From Fonticula alba ATCC 38817 (Eukaryota > Protista > Nucleariida): a stretch of 64,000 bases of DNA. The stretch lies in the NCBI GenBank assembly GCA_000388065.2, contig KB932208.1; one strand, written 5' to 3'. Positions 35,410-48,098 of this stretch are shown piece by piece. The notes under the pieces are model-generated. The model was not told the origin of the DNA and did no database searches. It saw only the letters and a list, made by a program, of their open reading frames with translations. Each line of letters begins with the position of its first letter. Within the stretch, counting starts at the first letter, position 1. The translations under genes were made by a program, and so were the position numbers.

Positions 35410-36134
35410 TCCCCCTGCGTGGTAGTCCCTCGGTCCCTGCCCGCGCGGTGGATGGCCAGGGGGGGGGGATTTGTCAGGGGGGTGCTCCCGCCTCGTCCTG
35501 CCCAGCCTCCCCCCCCCCCCCCTCCCTTTCCCTCTCTCTTCCTCTGCAAGAGGGGGCAGATCCCCCTGTTCCTTGCTGCTGGCTGTGGGCAGCGCGTGTG
35601 AACCTGTACAAAGGGACGGCCTGGTTGCTTCTTTTTTTTTCTTGACCTCTCCCTCGCGAGCACGCGCATATTCCTGTCCGTGCGCGCCTGTCCGCCGATG
35701 AAAATAGACCATCTGATATTTGGACCTTTTTGTGCACGGGTCGGATGCCCGTGGTGGCAGGTCAGCACCGGGGGCGGGGAGAGAGAGCATTTGAAGGAGA
35801 CAATACCCAACCAGAATAGGAGGCCCATGGGCACGGTGACGGAGTGAAGGGGGGGGGGGATGGTGTATCGAGAGGCTAGTCGAAGGGGGGGAGGGGGGCT
35901 CAGCCATCGGGCGGGCGGGCGGGCTGGGCAGCCACAGGAGCGAGAGCCACGGAGAGCGCAGGCACCAGCCCGGAGTTTGTGAGGCCCGGGGCCCTGAGTC
36001 GCCGGGCACAAAAATCGTCATGCTTTTCGTACCCGCTTCGAGGCCTGGCCGGGGATCCTCGGGTTGCCGGGGCCCAGGTCCCAACGCTGTGCTTGACAGA
36101 TCGGCCAGCCGAGACCAGGGGCCTGGCAGGCGTT

Positions 36135-36181
<47 letters not shown>

Positions 36182-36209
36182 GATCTGGCAGTGCCTGGCC
36201 AGGCAAGGC

Positions 36210-36279
36210 GTGTCCGTACGTGTGTGTCCGTACGTGTGTGTCCGTACATGTGTGTCCGTGTGGGTGTGTCCGTGTGGGT
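36210..36279. repeat. 14-nt tandem repeat (gtgtccgtacgtgt), 5 copies, degenerating into a GT microsatellite
   Basis: Directly visible upstream of the TBCK start. Confidence 0.8.
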
Positions 36280-36577
36280 GTGTGTGTGTGTGTGTGTGTG
36301 TGTGGGACGGGCATGCTGACTGAGGGACGGGCGCCCGATCAACTTTTCTCCCGGTCTGAAGGCCGACCCCGGAGCCCTGCCTGGGGTCTTGTGTACACTG
36401 GCCCAGTTCCCTCTCACATAGCCCCGCTGCTTCCGGCTTCATCTCTTCCCCCTCTCCCCGAGTAGCGAGCTCGCCCTCTCTTTCTCCCTCCCCCCCCCCC
36501 CGCTCTCTCCCTCTCCCTCTCCCTCTCCTTCTGCGCCTGTATCCATTTTGGTCTCTTTCTAGCTGTAGCCTGCGACC

Positions 36578-39500
36578 ATGGCCTCGCGTGAGGCCGTCCC
36601 GTCGTTCTCCCCAGCCGGGGATCTCCTTGTGCGGGAGATTTTCCTGTCAACCTCCCTGGAGTCCGCTCTCCAAACACAAGCGGCTGTGGCTGGCAGGGCC
36701 ATCCAGCGCGGCGCGACCCTCTGCCTGCTGTGTGGTGCCGAGTCCAATGGAAAGAAGGCCTCGGCACGGGGGCGCACCGGCATGGCGGCGGTGGCGGCCG
36801 CCACAGACCCGGCGCCGTGGGACCGCGGCGCCGGACTCGGCCGAGATCTCCTGCTCGGGGTGGATCCGCTGTCGGATGACTCGCCACTGGCCGATGTTTT
36901 TGTCGAGTCGCTCGCGGCCGATGACTCGAACGCCGGCCATTCTCAGGCCAATTCTGTGGGCACCTCCTCAGGCACTAGTTCTCCGGCCGGGGGGCGCTTC
37001 GAGAGCCGGCCGGAGTCCGCATTTACCGTGGCGCCCGGATCGGTCCCGGTGAGTGAGGCATTTGGCCGAGCACAAGCGCTCGGTCTGGGCCTCGAGGCGG
37101 GGACCCTGGTGCCAGGCTACCTGGTCAGCTCGGGGGCTGCCTGTTCCACTTCCGCCCCGCAGAGTCTCTACGTAGATGTCGCCTGCACTGGAGGTGTGTG
37201 TGTGTGTGTGTGTGTGTGGGTTTTCGTCACCCGGACAGGTGGCCTGCCTTCTCGCTCGGTTTGGCTGACTCCCCCCCCCCCCCTCTCTCCCTCTTCTTTT
37301 AGACTCTCTCTACCTGGTTGAGTCGCAGCTCCCGTCGACGCGCCAGCTGGCGACCCTGGCCTCGAGCGGCGCCTTCCTCCTGGCCGAGGAGCTAACCAGT
37401 GTGCAGGTGACCCGGAGCCACGATCTCCTGCAACGTCTGCTGGGGTCGCTCCTGCGAGTGGTGGATGCCTTGCACCAGTCCGACATCGCCGGGCTTGAGA
37501 GTGCTCTTGCACCGAGCAGCATCTTCCTTGACCAGATGGTGCGCTGCGCGATGCCGGGAAGGTCTGACAGGTCGTCGAGCGCCAGCTCCCTCGTCTTCGG
37601 CTTTTGCGATACTGACACCCCAATGCGCAGGGCAACCCGGTCTTGTCATCCGGCCTTCTGACCACCATTCTCCGGGGCCTGGTGGCTGACTCTCAACTTG
37701 TGTACCTCCCCCTCGCTCGCCCGCACGCACGCTTGCCCTTCCTTTGCATGCCCTCTAATCCCCGCCGGTCTCTTGTTTGCTGTCGACCGCATGCCCGCCG
37801 CAGTTCGGGCTTTTGCCCCCCTCCGGAGAATGCCCCCTACCTGTCTGGTGTCTCGTCGTCGATGCACGGGCAGCCGGTTTGCCTGGTGCCCGGCTGCCCG
37901 GGGCCCCTGTGGCGGCCGGCCAACTTGGTGCGCCGGGCATCCGACATCTGGCATGTGGCGGCTGTTGTGCTCTGGTGCGCAGGACGCTGCCTGGGCCTGG
38001 CCGAGTGTACGGATGGGTCCCTGGCCGACCCGCGCTCGGCCCTGGACGCGCTGGGCGCGCAAGTTGCCGTGGCCGAAGCCACCACGCCAGCGGCCACTTG
38101 GTGGCGCACCTTGTTAAAGTACGCCCTCCTGGACCTGGCGCTGCCTCGGCCCTCTCGGGGCCTCTCTGACACCGGGCGCCCCTCCCCCCCTCTCGAAAAG
38201 CATCCTGGAAATGTGCATCTCCTCGGATTATGCCATCAGGCCCACGTGCGAGGAGATTCTCCTGGGCATGGACTTTGCCCACCTCCAAGGGGCATTCTCG
38301 CCAGACGACGGCGTGCCCCTCTTTGGAGTGGGGCTCTTCTGGTCCGTTGCCGTGTCCTCACCGCGAATGCCGGGGCTTTGGCTCAGCTAATGCCCTCGTC
38401 CTCCCCTGCCGCCCTTTGCATGGATGGCCCGGGACCCCCCCCCCCCCCCCTCCCAACCCCATTCAGCGAGTCGGATCAGTACCTGCCGTCGGCTGCGGCC
38501 TCGCGCAGCGCCTCGCCGATTGGCGACCGCCCGGCCAGCCCGGACCCGGGCCCCTTGCCGGCTTCCACGTCGGGATCCTTCGCACGGTGGCCACCTGTGG
38601 ACTTACCGGACGTCGAGTCTGGACACGGGTGTGGATCTCTCAGCCGATCGGCATCCTTCAGCCGGGATGTCCTCCCGTCGGCGACCGCCACGCCATCGGA
38701 TAGTGCCTTGTCTGAGCCTTTGTTTGGGCGCTGTAGCCGCTGGGCCTCCGGTGGGTCGGCCACAGCCTGCCCGGTGCACAATGACGGTACGTTTCCCATT
38801 GGATGTCCCTGGATGCGATGGCTCTCCCTCCCCGCTCTCCCTCTCTCCCTCTCTTTTCGCTCCCTCTCTCCCTCTCTTACTCCTTCTCCCTAGCATGGGT
38901 CAAGTCGCCCGGTTACGCCGAGCTCTGCACAATTCCCCTCCGCGGAGCCTACGAAGCTTGGCTCGGTGATCGGCCTGCTGGGCCGGTTCTCTTCGAGCTG
39001 GTCAGCCGTGTGGCCCAGAAGGCTCCGGTTGTCGGGGACCCCTGCCCCGGCGGGGAGGCCGATCTCCTCTCTCCCCTTCAGAGGTGCGTGTGGGTGTGGC
39101 CCCTATTTTTTTCTCGATCTTTTCGCCGTGCCTCCCTTCCTGACCTCCCCCCCCCCCCCCCCCCCCCNNNNNNNNNNCCCCCCCCCCCCCCCATTCCCTC
39201 CTCCTACCGATGCGCTTAGCCACCCGGCGATCTCTTCCGATGCGAGCAACTGGCTGCCGGGGGTTTTCCAGTTCCCGGACTTCTTTTGGGCCAATGATGG
39301 GCCCGAAGGGTCCGGCCCCGGCTCGGGCCTCTCACCACTGGCCGACTCGCCGCCGGTGTCGGGGGTGCGTTCGCCGGAGGACACCCCGTCTGCCGGCGGC
39401 CCCGTCGCCGGGACGTGCGACTCTGCCGGCATTTCGCGCTCCGGGTCCGTGCTTTCGGTGGCCGCGGTGTCCTTGACCTGTCGGCAGTTGGATCTGTCGT

Positions 39501-40939
39501 GGGGCCGCCTGCCGGAAAATGCGGCCGACATCGATGCCTCAAATGGCACCGAGGGTGGCACCTGCGCCATTGCCAGCCCGGCCGTCCCTGGCGCCGCCAC
39601 GGCGTCGGCATGTTCACCGGCCTCCATGGCCTCAGGCAGCGCAGACACTCCGACTTTCGGCCTCCAGCAGCGGCATGGGACCATTCATCTGGGCTCGGCA
39701 TTGGTGCTGGCTTGTCGCCTCTTGGGTGCGGCCTGTGTTGAGGCGTCGCATGCAGCGCTCCACCGGCAGGGCAAGTCTTCGCTTGATGAGGCCTACCAGG
39801 CGCCGGAGTGCGCTCTCCTGGCGGCGGTGGCCGAGGCCGAGTTTAGCCGCTGGGCGCCCATGGCCACCCGACAGGACCTTGCTGCGATCGTCAGTTCGGA
39901 CTGGCTGCCTGGGGAATTGGGCCTGTCAAGCGGGGACACGGTGTCCTCGCCGTCGATCCGCGAGACACACCTCCTGCACTGGGCCCTCGGGTTTGTGGCC
40001 ATCGTGCGGCTGCTCAGCCAGCCGCTATCCTGGCGCCCGGACCAGGCTGGGCACTTCCAATGGCTGGCGGCCGGGCCAGATGCCGGCAATGCGACGGCCC
40101 CTTCGCCCGAGGGCCAGGCCGGGGTCGAGCTCGCGGCCGATGGCTCCCCGGCCAGGGGGACCCTCCCGGACCCGGCGATCGATGGAGAATCAGCCCGGCT
40201 GCTGACAGGTCTGTCGCATTTTGCCCTGTCTCTGCTTCGGTCGCGCTCGGTGGCCCAGCTGCTGGTAGTCGGGGACACGGGGCGCCTGCGGGGGCTGGTC
40301 CGGGCTGCCGGCACCCCGCGCTGGCTCCGTGCCCGGGTGTGGGCCACCCTGCTGCCGGTATTCGCGCGGCCCAACTTCTTCCCGGTCGATGGCGTGTCAT
40401 TTGCTGGTCTGCTTGACCAAGACCCGGATGAGTGCCCCCCGGAGCCGCTGTCAGAGATGGACCGCTTCCGGGATGAGCTGCTGCCGGACGACCCGGCCTG
40501 GGAGCGTGCCTATGACGCGCTGGACTCGGCGGCGCCGTCGGCCTCCGACCGCCAGGTGCGTGCGATTTCCGTGTTTCCCCCCTTCGGCCCCGGGCTTGTC
40601 GTGCCTCGCCATGGCCCCTGGCCCCCGGGGCGCTTTGCGCTGGTCGATGGAGATGATGGCCCAACAGCCACGACGCTCTTCCGATCTGCTGCTGCCGGAC
40701 GACCCGGCCTGGGAGCGTGCCTATGACGCGCTGGACTCGGCGGCGCCGTCGGCCTCCGACCGCCAGGTGCGTGCGATTTCCGTGTTTCCCCCCTTCGGCC
40801 CCGGGCTTGTCGTGCCTCGCCATGGCCCCTGGCCCCCGGGGCGCTTTGCGCTGGTCGATGGAGATGATGGCCCAACAGCAGGCCAACTTGACACGCCGAC
40901 ACCAACACCATCTCCCCTCCCCCCTGCCACGGGCTTGGC

Positions 40940-40970
<31 letters not shown>

Positions 40971-43693
40971 GCGCAAAACCGACCCGCTGCAGCTCGCCCT
41001 GGACCTCCCCCGGTGTCAGCCGTCGCATTCGGCTCTGTCATCTCGTCGGACCGGGCGTCGGCGCCTCGCGCGGGCTCTGAAGTCCTGGTGCCTGGAGCCG
41101 GCCGCCGGGCAAGGGAGCGTCTACTGGCAGGGTACGTAGCCCCCCCCAGATCGGAAGAGCACACGTCGCCCTGGACCTCCCCCGGTGTCAGCCGTCGCAT
41201 TCGGCTCTGTCATCTCGTCGGTCCGGGCGTCGGCGCCTCGCGCGGGCTCTGAAGTCCTGGTGCCTGGAGCCGGCCGCCGGGCAAGGGAGCGTCTACTGGC
41301 AGGGTACGTAGCCCCCCCCCCCCCCAGTCCCCTTTCCCCTAGCAACGATTGCCGACTACTCCCCTCCTCCCTTCTTCCTCGCCTCGCCTCTCCCCTCTCC
41401 CTGGCCATGTGTGCTTGCGCTAACGGCCTCCTCCATTTGCAGGCCTGGACTCCGTGGCCGCGCCACTTGTATCGCTCTTCCTCCACCGGCCGCACATGGC
41501 TTGGCACCAGCTGGCCGGGCTGGTTGAGTTGTCTGGCCTGTCACGGCTCCTGATCGAGGATGGAGCCTCGAACATTCGCGTACGTGCCCTGGAAAGGGGC
41601 GTTGTTCCTTCCGACTGGCCATTGGTGACCACTGACACCGCCATCTTGCAGACCTGGTTCACGGCCCTGGCGCGACTGCATGTGTACCACTCGCCCCTGG
41701 CCGCCAGCCAGGGGATGGAGGCCGGCTGGGCATCGCCCAACCTCTGGGCTGTTGGAGGAGCCTTGACGCTCTTCTCGCGTGCGTGGGGCTTGCTGTTGCT
41801 GCCGAGAGCGACTTGCCCTGCCGGCTTTCCTCTCGTCATCCAGTCTGACCTCGTTTGTCCTGCCCCCCCCCCCCCACCCCCCCGTCAGAATCCCTCACAT
41901 CGGCCGAAGCGCTGTCTCTCTGGGAGCGGGTGTACATTTCGGCCCCATCGATGCTGGCGGCTCGCTCGGGTGGCCTGTTCATCGCCTGCGCAGCCATTTG
42001 CCGCTGGGCGCCCATCTTGAAGGTACTGTTCTGGCAACGTGCCCCTTTGATGCTCTGGCAGTTCCGTCCCTCCCTCCCTCCATCCGCACACACAAACACA
42101 CAAACGCACATACATACACACGTACACGTACACGTACACGTACACGCAAGCACGCACGCGCAAACGTACACGTACACACACACACACTCACACAAATGCA
42201 TGCGCGCACTTCCGCCCATCGGCAGACTGCCAACTTCAATGATGCGGTTGGCCTCTTCGCATCGAAGTCTCTCCTATCACCGGACGTGGTGCTCCCGGGA
42301 AAGCAGCCCCCCGGCAATGGGATCACCAGCAGCCAGGTCATTCTGAGTGTGGCCGCCGAGGCCCTTCGCCTGTGGGAGGTCACCCCAGAGTCGCTGTATA
42401 AGTTTGCCGTGGTACCGGATCGGCCCGAGGCGGTGGATGAGCGCAAGACCGGCCCCGGCGCGTTCACCTGGGCTGACCCGTATGAGGCGGACCCTCGGGC
42501 AGCCAACTCGGACGGACATCGCGACCCGGACCATGATGCCGTGCCGCAGATCTCCCCCCGCTGTGCAAGTCGCCTCCTAGCCGAGGGGGTTGCACGGATT
42601 CTGGATTTGCGTCCAGCCGGCGCGTGCGTTTTTTTCGTTCCCCCCCCCCCCGTCTCTCTCTCTCTCTCTCTCTCTCCCCGTTACGTTCTTCCCAGGGTCC
42701 TTCTTCCTCTTGCCACCCCTCTTCCTGCGTCTCTCTCCCCCCCCCTCCGCCTTTCTGGCTCTAACTCCCCGTGTGCCATGAAATGGCACCCATTCTGTAG
42801 CTTCCGCCTGTCGCACATCCCCGGGTCGCGGCGGGTGGCTCGACCGGATGCATCATTCCAGCGCCTGGATGTTGCCCTGCCGGCCGGCACACCCGCCGCG
42901 GCGTCATCCTACCTGGCATCCTATGGCCTGGCTGCGGCCAGCCGCTTGCAGAGCATGGTCCCGTCAGTCCTATCGAGCTCCATTTCCACGGTCACCTCCG
43001 TGGTGTCGAGCACTGTGACCGGGGCCGGGATTGGCGGGCTCCGGTGGCCGGCGGCCGCGGCGGCGCTTTCGAGCTCAACCCCGGCCGAGGGAACTGCTCC
43101 GACGGCATCCGCCACCGCTGCCCCGACGCAGGATCTCATTCACACAATTGTCGTCGGCCCGGAGGCCGAAGTCATTGAAGTGCGTCTCTCTTGCTCTGGG
43201 GTCCTCCGCTTCCCCCTACCCCCCCCCCTCCTTGTCGCTGCGTGGCTTTCTTTCCTCGCTCCGCTACCGCGCGCCGCCGTGGTTGCCTAACCCGCATTTG
43301 GCCTGTTTGAAGTACTGCCTCCGCCTGGCTCGCGAGGGGATCCCCCGGGTGTCCGGGCTGTTCCTGGATTCCGAAGGAGCGGGACAGTGGCCCGGGTCCA
43401 TTCACCCTCCGGAGGCTGATGACGCGAGCGAGGCGCCGGAGCCCGATGGAGAGGCCATCCCCTCCTCGGCGCCTGGCCCGGTGGATATCCACTTCCTGAA
43501 GGCCGTGGCCCTGGCTACCGAGCTCCCTCCCTGCCCCTGCCTGCGGGAGAGCGTTCTGTCCGGGGAGTCGGGCGCCGAGTCGGACGGAGCAAGAGATGCC
43601 GGCGATCTGGAGCACCCCGGGCCGGAGGTTCCTCGGCGCTTTGCCCACTGGCCTGGTCTCGGCGAGGCTTGTATGCTCTCCGTGACGGACTGA
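36578..43693 (+). CDS. TBCK: TBCK (N-terminal pseudokinase, TBC Rab-GAP domain, rhodanese-like domain), multi-exon; 40669-41319 affected by an assembly artefact
   Basis: Pseudokinase: LHQSDIAGLESALAPSSIFLDQM|GNPVLS and ASDIWHVAAVVL. TBC: WLRARVWATLL, AYDALD...SDRQ|LALDLPRCQ, LKSW...VYWQG|LDSVAAP, HVYHSP...ALTLFS...LSLWE...NFNDAVGLF, LWEVTPES. Rhodanese-like: PQISP, ILDLRP, SHIPGS, IVVG...YCLRLAREGIPRV. Domain order and motifs match human TBCK; the exons I traced join in frame. Confidence 0.85.
40669..40687 (+). other. Illumina TruSeq read-1 adapter remnant (CACGACGCTCTTCCGATCT)
   Basis: Exact match to the 3' end of the universal adapter ACACGACGCTCTTCCGATCT. Confidence 0.97.
41148..41167 (+). 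other. Illumina TruSeq read-through adapter remnant (AGATCGGAAGAGCACACGTC)
   Basis: Exact 20-nt match to the indexed adapter start. Confidence 0.98.
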
Positions 43694-43979
43694 CATGGGT
43701 GTTTGAGCAGGCGTCCAGGAATAAAGCTGGCTGCATGGGGAGAAGAAGAAGAGGAAGAAGAAGAAAAAGAGTCCCCGCTCGGATCGCGGGGTCCTTTGTG
43801 GATGTATTTGCCTGACCTGTGGGCCCGGCAGAGAGGCAGGAAGGGGCTATCTCATCGAGGAAGCCACAGCAGAAGGAGGAGGATGGGGATCAGCCATGGA
43901 CCGGCCTCCAAATGGGGATGCTTACTGGCAGCCGTGGTGGGGGATCCTCCAAAATGGGATCGAGAAGCTGGAAGGACAA

Positions 43980-44021
43980 TCAGCATGTGTGGCCGTGCAT
44001 CTGAGCGGCGAGAGGAAGGAG

Positions 44022-44062
<41 letters not shown>

Positions 44063-45591
44063 TTGGAGGGGGGGGGGGAGGGCGGGCAGGGCAAAAACAC
44101 GACAGAGATAGACTCGGCAGGGGCAGCACGAGGGCGAGGTCGCGAGTTCGTACCCGAAGGCAGGCACTTGCCACGGCATCCGGCACGCGAATGAGGCCGC
44201 GGTCCTTTGGCCCGGAAGCTGGGCCAGCCAGCAGTCGGTGTGCCGCATCGTGGCGATATGTTTCCACGCCGAAGCCATTGCCAGTTAGGTCATTCTTCAG
44301 GGAGTTGAGCAGCTCGAGGGTCATTTCCGCCAGGAAACCAACCAGCGGCCCAATGGGCCCGAGATCCGAAAAGACATGGCGTGTGGTCACCCCGGATGCG
44401 AGGACCGTGCCGACAATCAGCCCGAAGGCCATGGCCACAAGGCGATCCGGGCCAAGGAACACAAGCTGAAGCGGAAGCGGGCGGGCGACGAGGCAGGTAG
44501 GGGTCAGCAGAGGAGGAAGGGGGGAGGGGGAGGGGCAGGGCCGAGACCCCAGCGACCGGGTGCCACACCGAAGGGGGACCATCGAGATGGGGCGCACAAA
44601 TAGGAAGAGCACGAGGCGAACACTCGGCGCCGAGAAGGCCGGTCCAGTGGGGCCGAAGGGGCGCGATCTGTGGAGAACGGGGATGCGCGAGTAGTAAAGC
44701 GCGTGCGCAGCCATGAGGATCGCGTGCCTGCGCGCGCGCGCGCGCGCGCGTGTGTGTGCGGTGAAGGTCGGAGGGCGTCAGAGGATGCATGCACAAGGGG
44801 GTGGGTGGTGAAAGGGCTGGCGGCCGCAGAACATACGGTCCAAATGCCGCGCGCTTGTAGCCGAAGGTCGACAGGAAGGCCAGGGAGAAGAGCTGCAGCA
44901 TGGTGGTGTAGATGAAGAAGGACAGAAGGTAATTCTGCATGCCAGGAGCCAAGGCGGCCGGAGGGCGAAGAGGTTAGCTGGCCCGGGTCAAGGGGCGGTG
45001 AGATGCGAGGCTGCAGGAGGCAGCAGAGGGCCCGGGACATACGGCGAGACTGCGGCTGCCCATCCGGCGCTCCAGGTCCGGCAGCGTCAGCAAAATAAGC
45101 GGGATGGCAAGGACCGCATCGCCGGAGTGTTCGAAAACCAGGACATAGGTGACCAGGCGCCAAAGCTGTCGGCGCACGGGAGTCAGCACGAGCCGAGGGA
45201 GGAGGGCGCCTCGAAATGGAAGGCAGAAGAGAAGGATGGCACCAGCGACCGGGGGAGACGCACCTGCCACCATCCCAGGACATTCGGCACCAAGATGAAG
45301 TCCAAGTAGGGCCGGAGCTCGAGGACGCGGCTAACCAGGCCGACGATGACCAGGACGCCCACGATGCCCTTTGTCAGCGGCGCGCGGTCTGTGCACCGGG
45401 GTGGCACGGGGGGGGGGGGGNNNNNNNNNNNNNNNNNNNNNNNNNNNNNNNNNNNNNNNNNNNNNNNNNNNCTTCCCGGTTCCCGCATACAAAGAGGGGA
45501 AGCTGTTATAGACGTGCTAATCGGCACACACACACACACACACACAACCGCAGGACGAGGAGGATGCTGACGTACGGAGGCTGGACATCAT
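43980..45591 (-). CDS. UBAC2/Dsc2-like rhomboid-superfamily pseudoprotease, multi-exon; no UBA domain recognised
   Basis: Spliced MMSSL|HRAPLTKGIVGVLV...GWWQ|...RLVTYVLVF...LPDLERRMGSRSLA|NYLL...FGPY|AL...GPDRLVAMAFGLIVG parallels UBAC2 YKAPLSKSLL...QIWRL...FERRYGSRKFASFLL...IWIVAISGLMSG. The 3' exon is uncertain. Confidence 0.7.
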
Positions 45592-46089
45592 GGTCTTGCG
45601 GCGCGGCGCGGCGGGCGACGAGCACAGGCAACTGCGACCAGGGGGGGGGGGCAGGCGAGAGGGAGAGACGAAGGCAAGGGGGCGGGTATGTCTGGGTCGG
45701 GGAGGGGGCATGTCCAGCGAGGGCCCCCCTCCTCGAGGTGCTGCCGCCTTTTCACAATATCCCACCCCCGGGGGCGGGCCCGCCCGATCGCGATCGACAG
45801 GACGGCCAATCTCACATGCCAACGCAGTCGGCCCGGGCGCGTGGGAAGGCTGTGGGTTTGTGCGTGCGTCCGTGTGTGTGTGTGTGTGCGCGCGCGGGGC
45901 CTCCTGGGGCCGCGCCTCCTGCGAGATCTTCGCCCGCGGCCCCGGGGGCCGGAGGGCGGAGTGTCCGCCGGAGAAGCGGAGGAGAAAAGGCACACGCCGT
46001 TGAGAGCATGACGGCCGACCGGCCGCGCGCATGAGAATCTTTTCCCTCCCTCCCCCCCTCCCCACCTGCTTCCCTGCCGCATTTCTCTC

Positions 46090-47766
46090 ATGTCTCTTCC
46101 CCTCGGCCTCGAGCCACAGGTCCTCTCCATCAGCCGATGGCTGGTGGCATCGGGCGCGGGAGGGGCCCCGTCCGGGGGCCCGGTCCCATTGCCTACCTCC
46201 CTGGTGCTGGTCAATCAACCGGTCCGAAGTGCCGAGCTCCTCCAATTGCTTTGGGCACAGGGTGCGACGGGGCTCTTTCTCTTGCCTCCTTTGGCTTTCA
46301 CTTCCGCTGTGATCGGCTGGCCCGTTGACCGTGCAATCTCATGACATGTTCTCTCTCCCCCCCCCTCCCCTCTGTGCCGAAGTGTGCCTGGTTGTTTGTG
46401 CGGATGGCGCCGCCAATCGCCTGTTTGACCACTTTTCTACTTCCCCCGAGGACCAGGCCCGGTGCGCGGCCATTTTCCCCCGGGGCCCCCTTCCCTGTTC
46501 TCTGCTATCGCGCGTGCGCCCGGCGTCCGGGGCGCATCGCAAGCTCCGCTAACGCCTTTCTCTCGGCCCCCACCCTCTCGGCCTTTGGTGGGAAAGCTTC
46601 GTGCCGGACATCATCACCGGTGACTTGGACTCCATCCGAGCCGAGGTCCGGGATTATTACGCGACACGGGTGCGCTTGAAGAAACGACAGGGAAGGAAAA
46701 GAAGGGGACTTGATGACCGGGCCGCATGTGGCAAGAGCTAATGGCGAACCATCTCCCTCATATTGGGGCTCTTCACGGGACACCCGAACACAGGGCTCCC
46801 ATGTGGTGCTCATGTCCGGGCAGGATGACACCGATCTGGATAAGGCCCTGGTGCAGGCACACATGCGCCTCGGCTCCCAGGTTTGTCAAAGCAACGTTGC
46901 TTCTTTTTTTTTCCCGCCCCCCCCTGCATGCCCCCTTCCTTCCTCGCTCCTCCCGGCTCCGGGCCACCACTCACTTCGTCTCGCCGTGCCCAGGCGGATG
47001 CCATTGTTCTTGATTGTCTGGAGGGACGGCTGGATCACACGATGCAGACCATGAACAGCGCCCTGCTCTACGGCAAAGGCCACCATGCGGGACTGGCTCG
47101 AGCCATGGGACCCACCGGCAGCCCGATTCCGCCGACCCCGCTGCTGGAGGCCTCGCAGGCGCCCCGGTGTTTGCTTCTTGGCCCGGCCTCCGCGGCCGTG
47201 GTTCTGGAGCCGGTACGCCCCGCGTGCGGCCCTCCTGCTGTGGCCCTCCCTGGCTGACAGCGCGCCCACTAACACCAACCTATGCCTCAGGGGTCTTACA
47301 TTCTGGAGTGTGATGCCGACGTCGAGGGGCCCACCTGCGGGCTGATTCCCCTTTCCGACAGCCGGCCGGTTGTGTGGAGCCGTGGCCTGGCTTGGGATTT
47401 GGGTACGCGCGGGCATCTTGGTGTGCGCATGTGGCCATGTCTGCCCAGTGCCTGACCTTCCTTCTGCCCTTCCCCCTGCCCCTCCTCCGGTCCCTCTTTG
47501 TCTGCCTTGGCCCTCTAGATGGGGCGGAGCTCTCCTTCGGCGGGCTGATTAGCTCGTCGAATGCCTTTTCCCCGGTGCAGCCAACCATTCACGGCGATGG
47601 GACCGTGACAATGCCGAGCTCGCGGCGATCTGCCTGTCAGCGGGCGGTGCTCGAGCATGATGCCCCTGCGAAGCACTCGGCGGATGGCGCCTCGAAGCGC
47701 ATTGTCTGCCTGCGTGTCGAGGGGGCCAGTGTCCTCTGGACTGTGGAGTTGCCTCAGCGGGATTGA
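46090..47766 (+). CDS. TPK1: Thiamine pyrophosphokinase, multi-exon
   Basis: LVLVNQP, VCADGAANRLFD, FVPDIITGDLDSIRAEVRDYY, QDDTDLDKAL, GRLDHTMQTMN, EGPTCGLIPL, SRGLAWDL and LSFGGLISSSN are all canonical TPK motifs. Confidence 0.95.
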
Positions 47767-48098
47767 GGGCCCGCCTTGTGGCCCCTCTCCTGACACCGAA
47801 TCCGCCCTCTTTCCCCCTCGATTCCCGTGTCTGTTCCATCTCTCCGGTTCGCAGTTCTCACCAGCAACCGGCTCCTCCGTTATAGACGTGCTAATCGGCA
47901 CACACACACACACACACACAAAAAAAAACATGCATGCTGGGGGACACATCTGCCGGGGGGAAAATACCCGAAAGAGGTGGAAGCCTTGTATTGAAAGGAG
48001 TGCGCGTGCGCGCGCGCGCGCGCGTGCACACACATACACCCAGATACACACACACACACATGTGCATACATGTAGTCATACACAAGGGAGGATGGCCA

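Noticed and set aside
40688-40879. Apparent tandem exon duplication or alternative exon in TBCK
   Set aside because: Bounded by Illumina adapter sequence; an assembly artefact.
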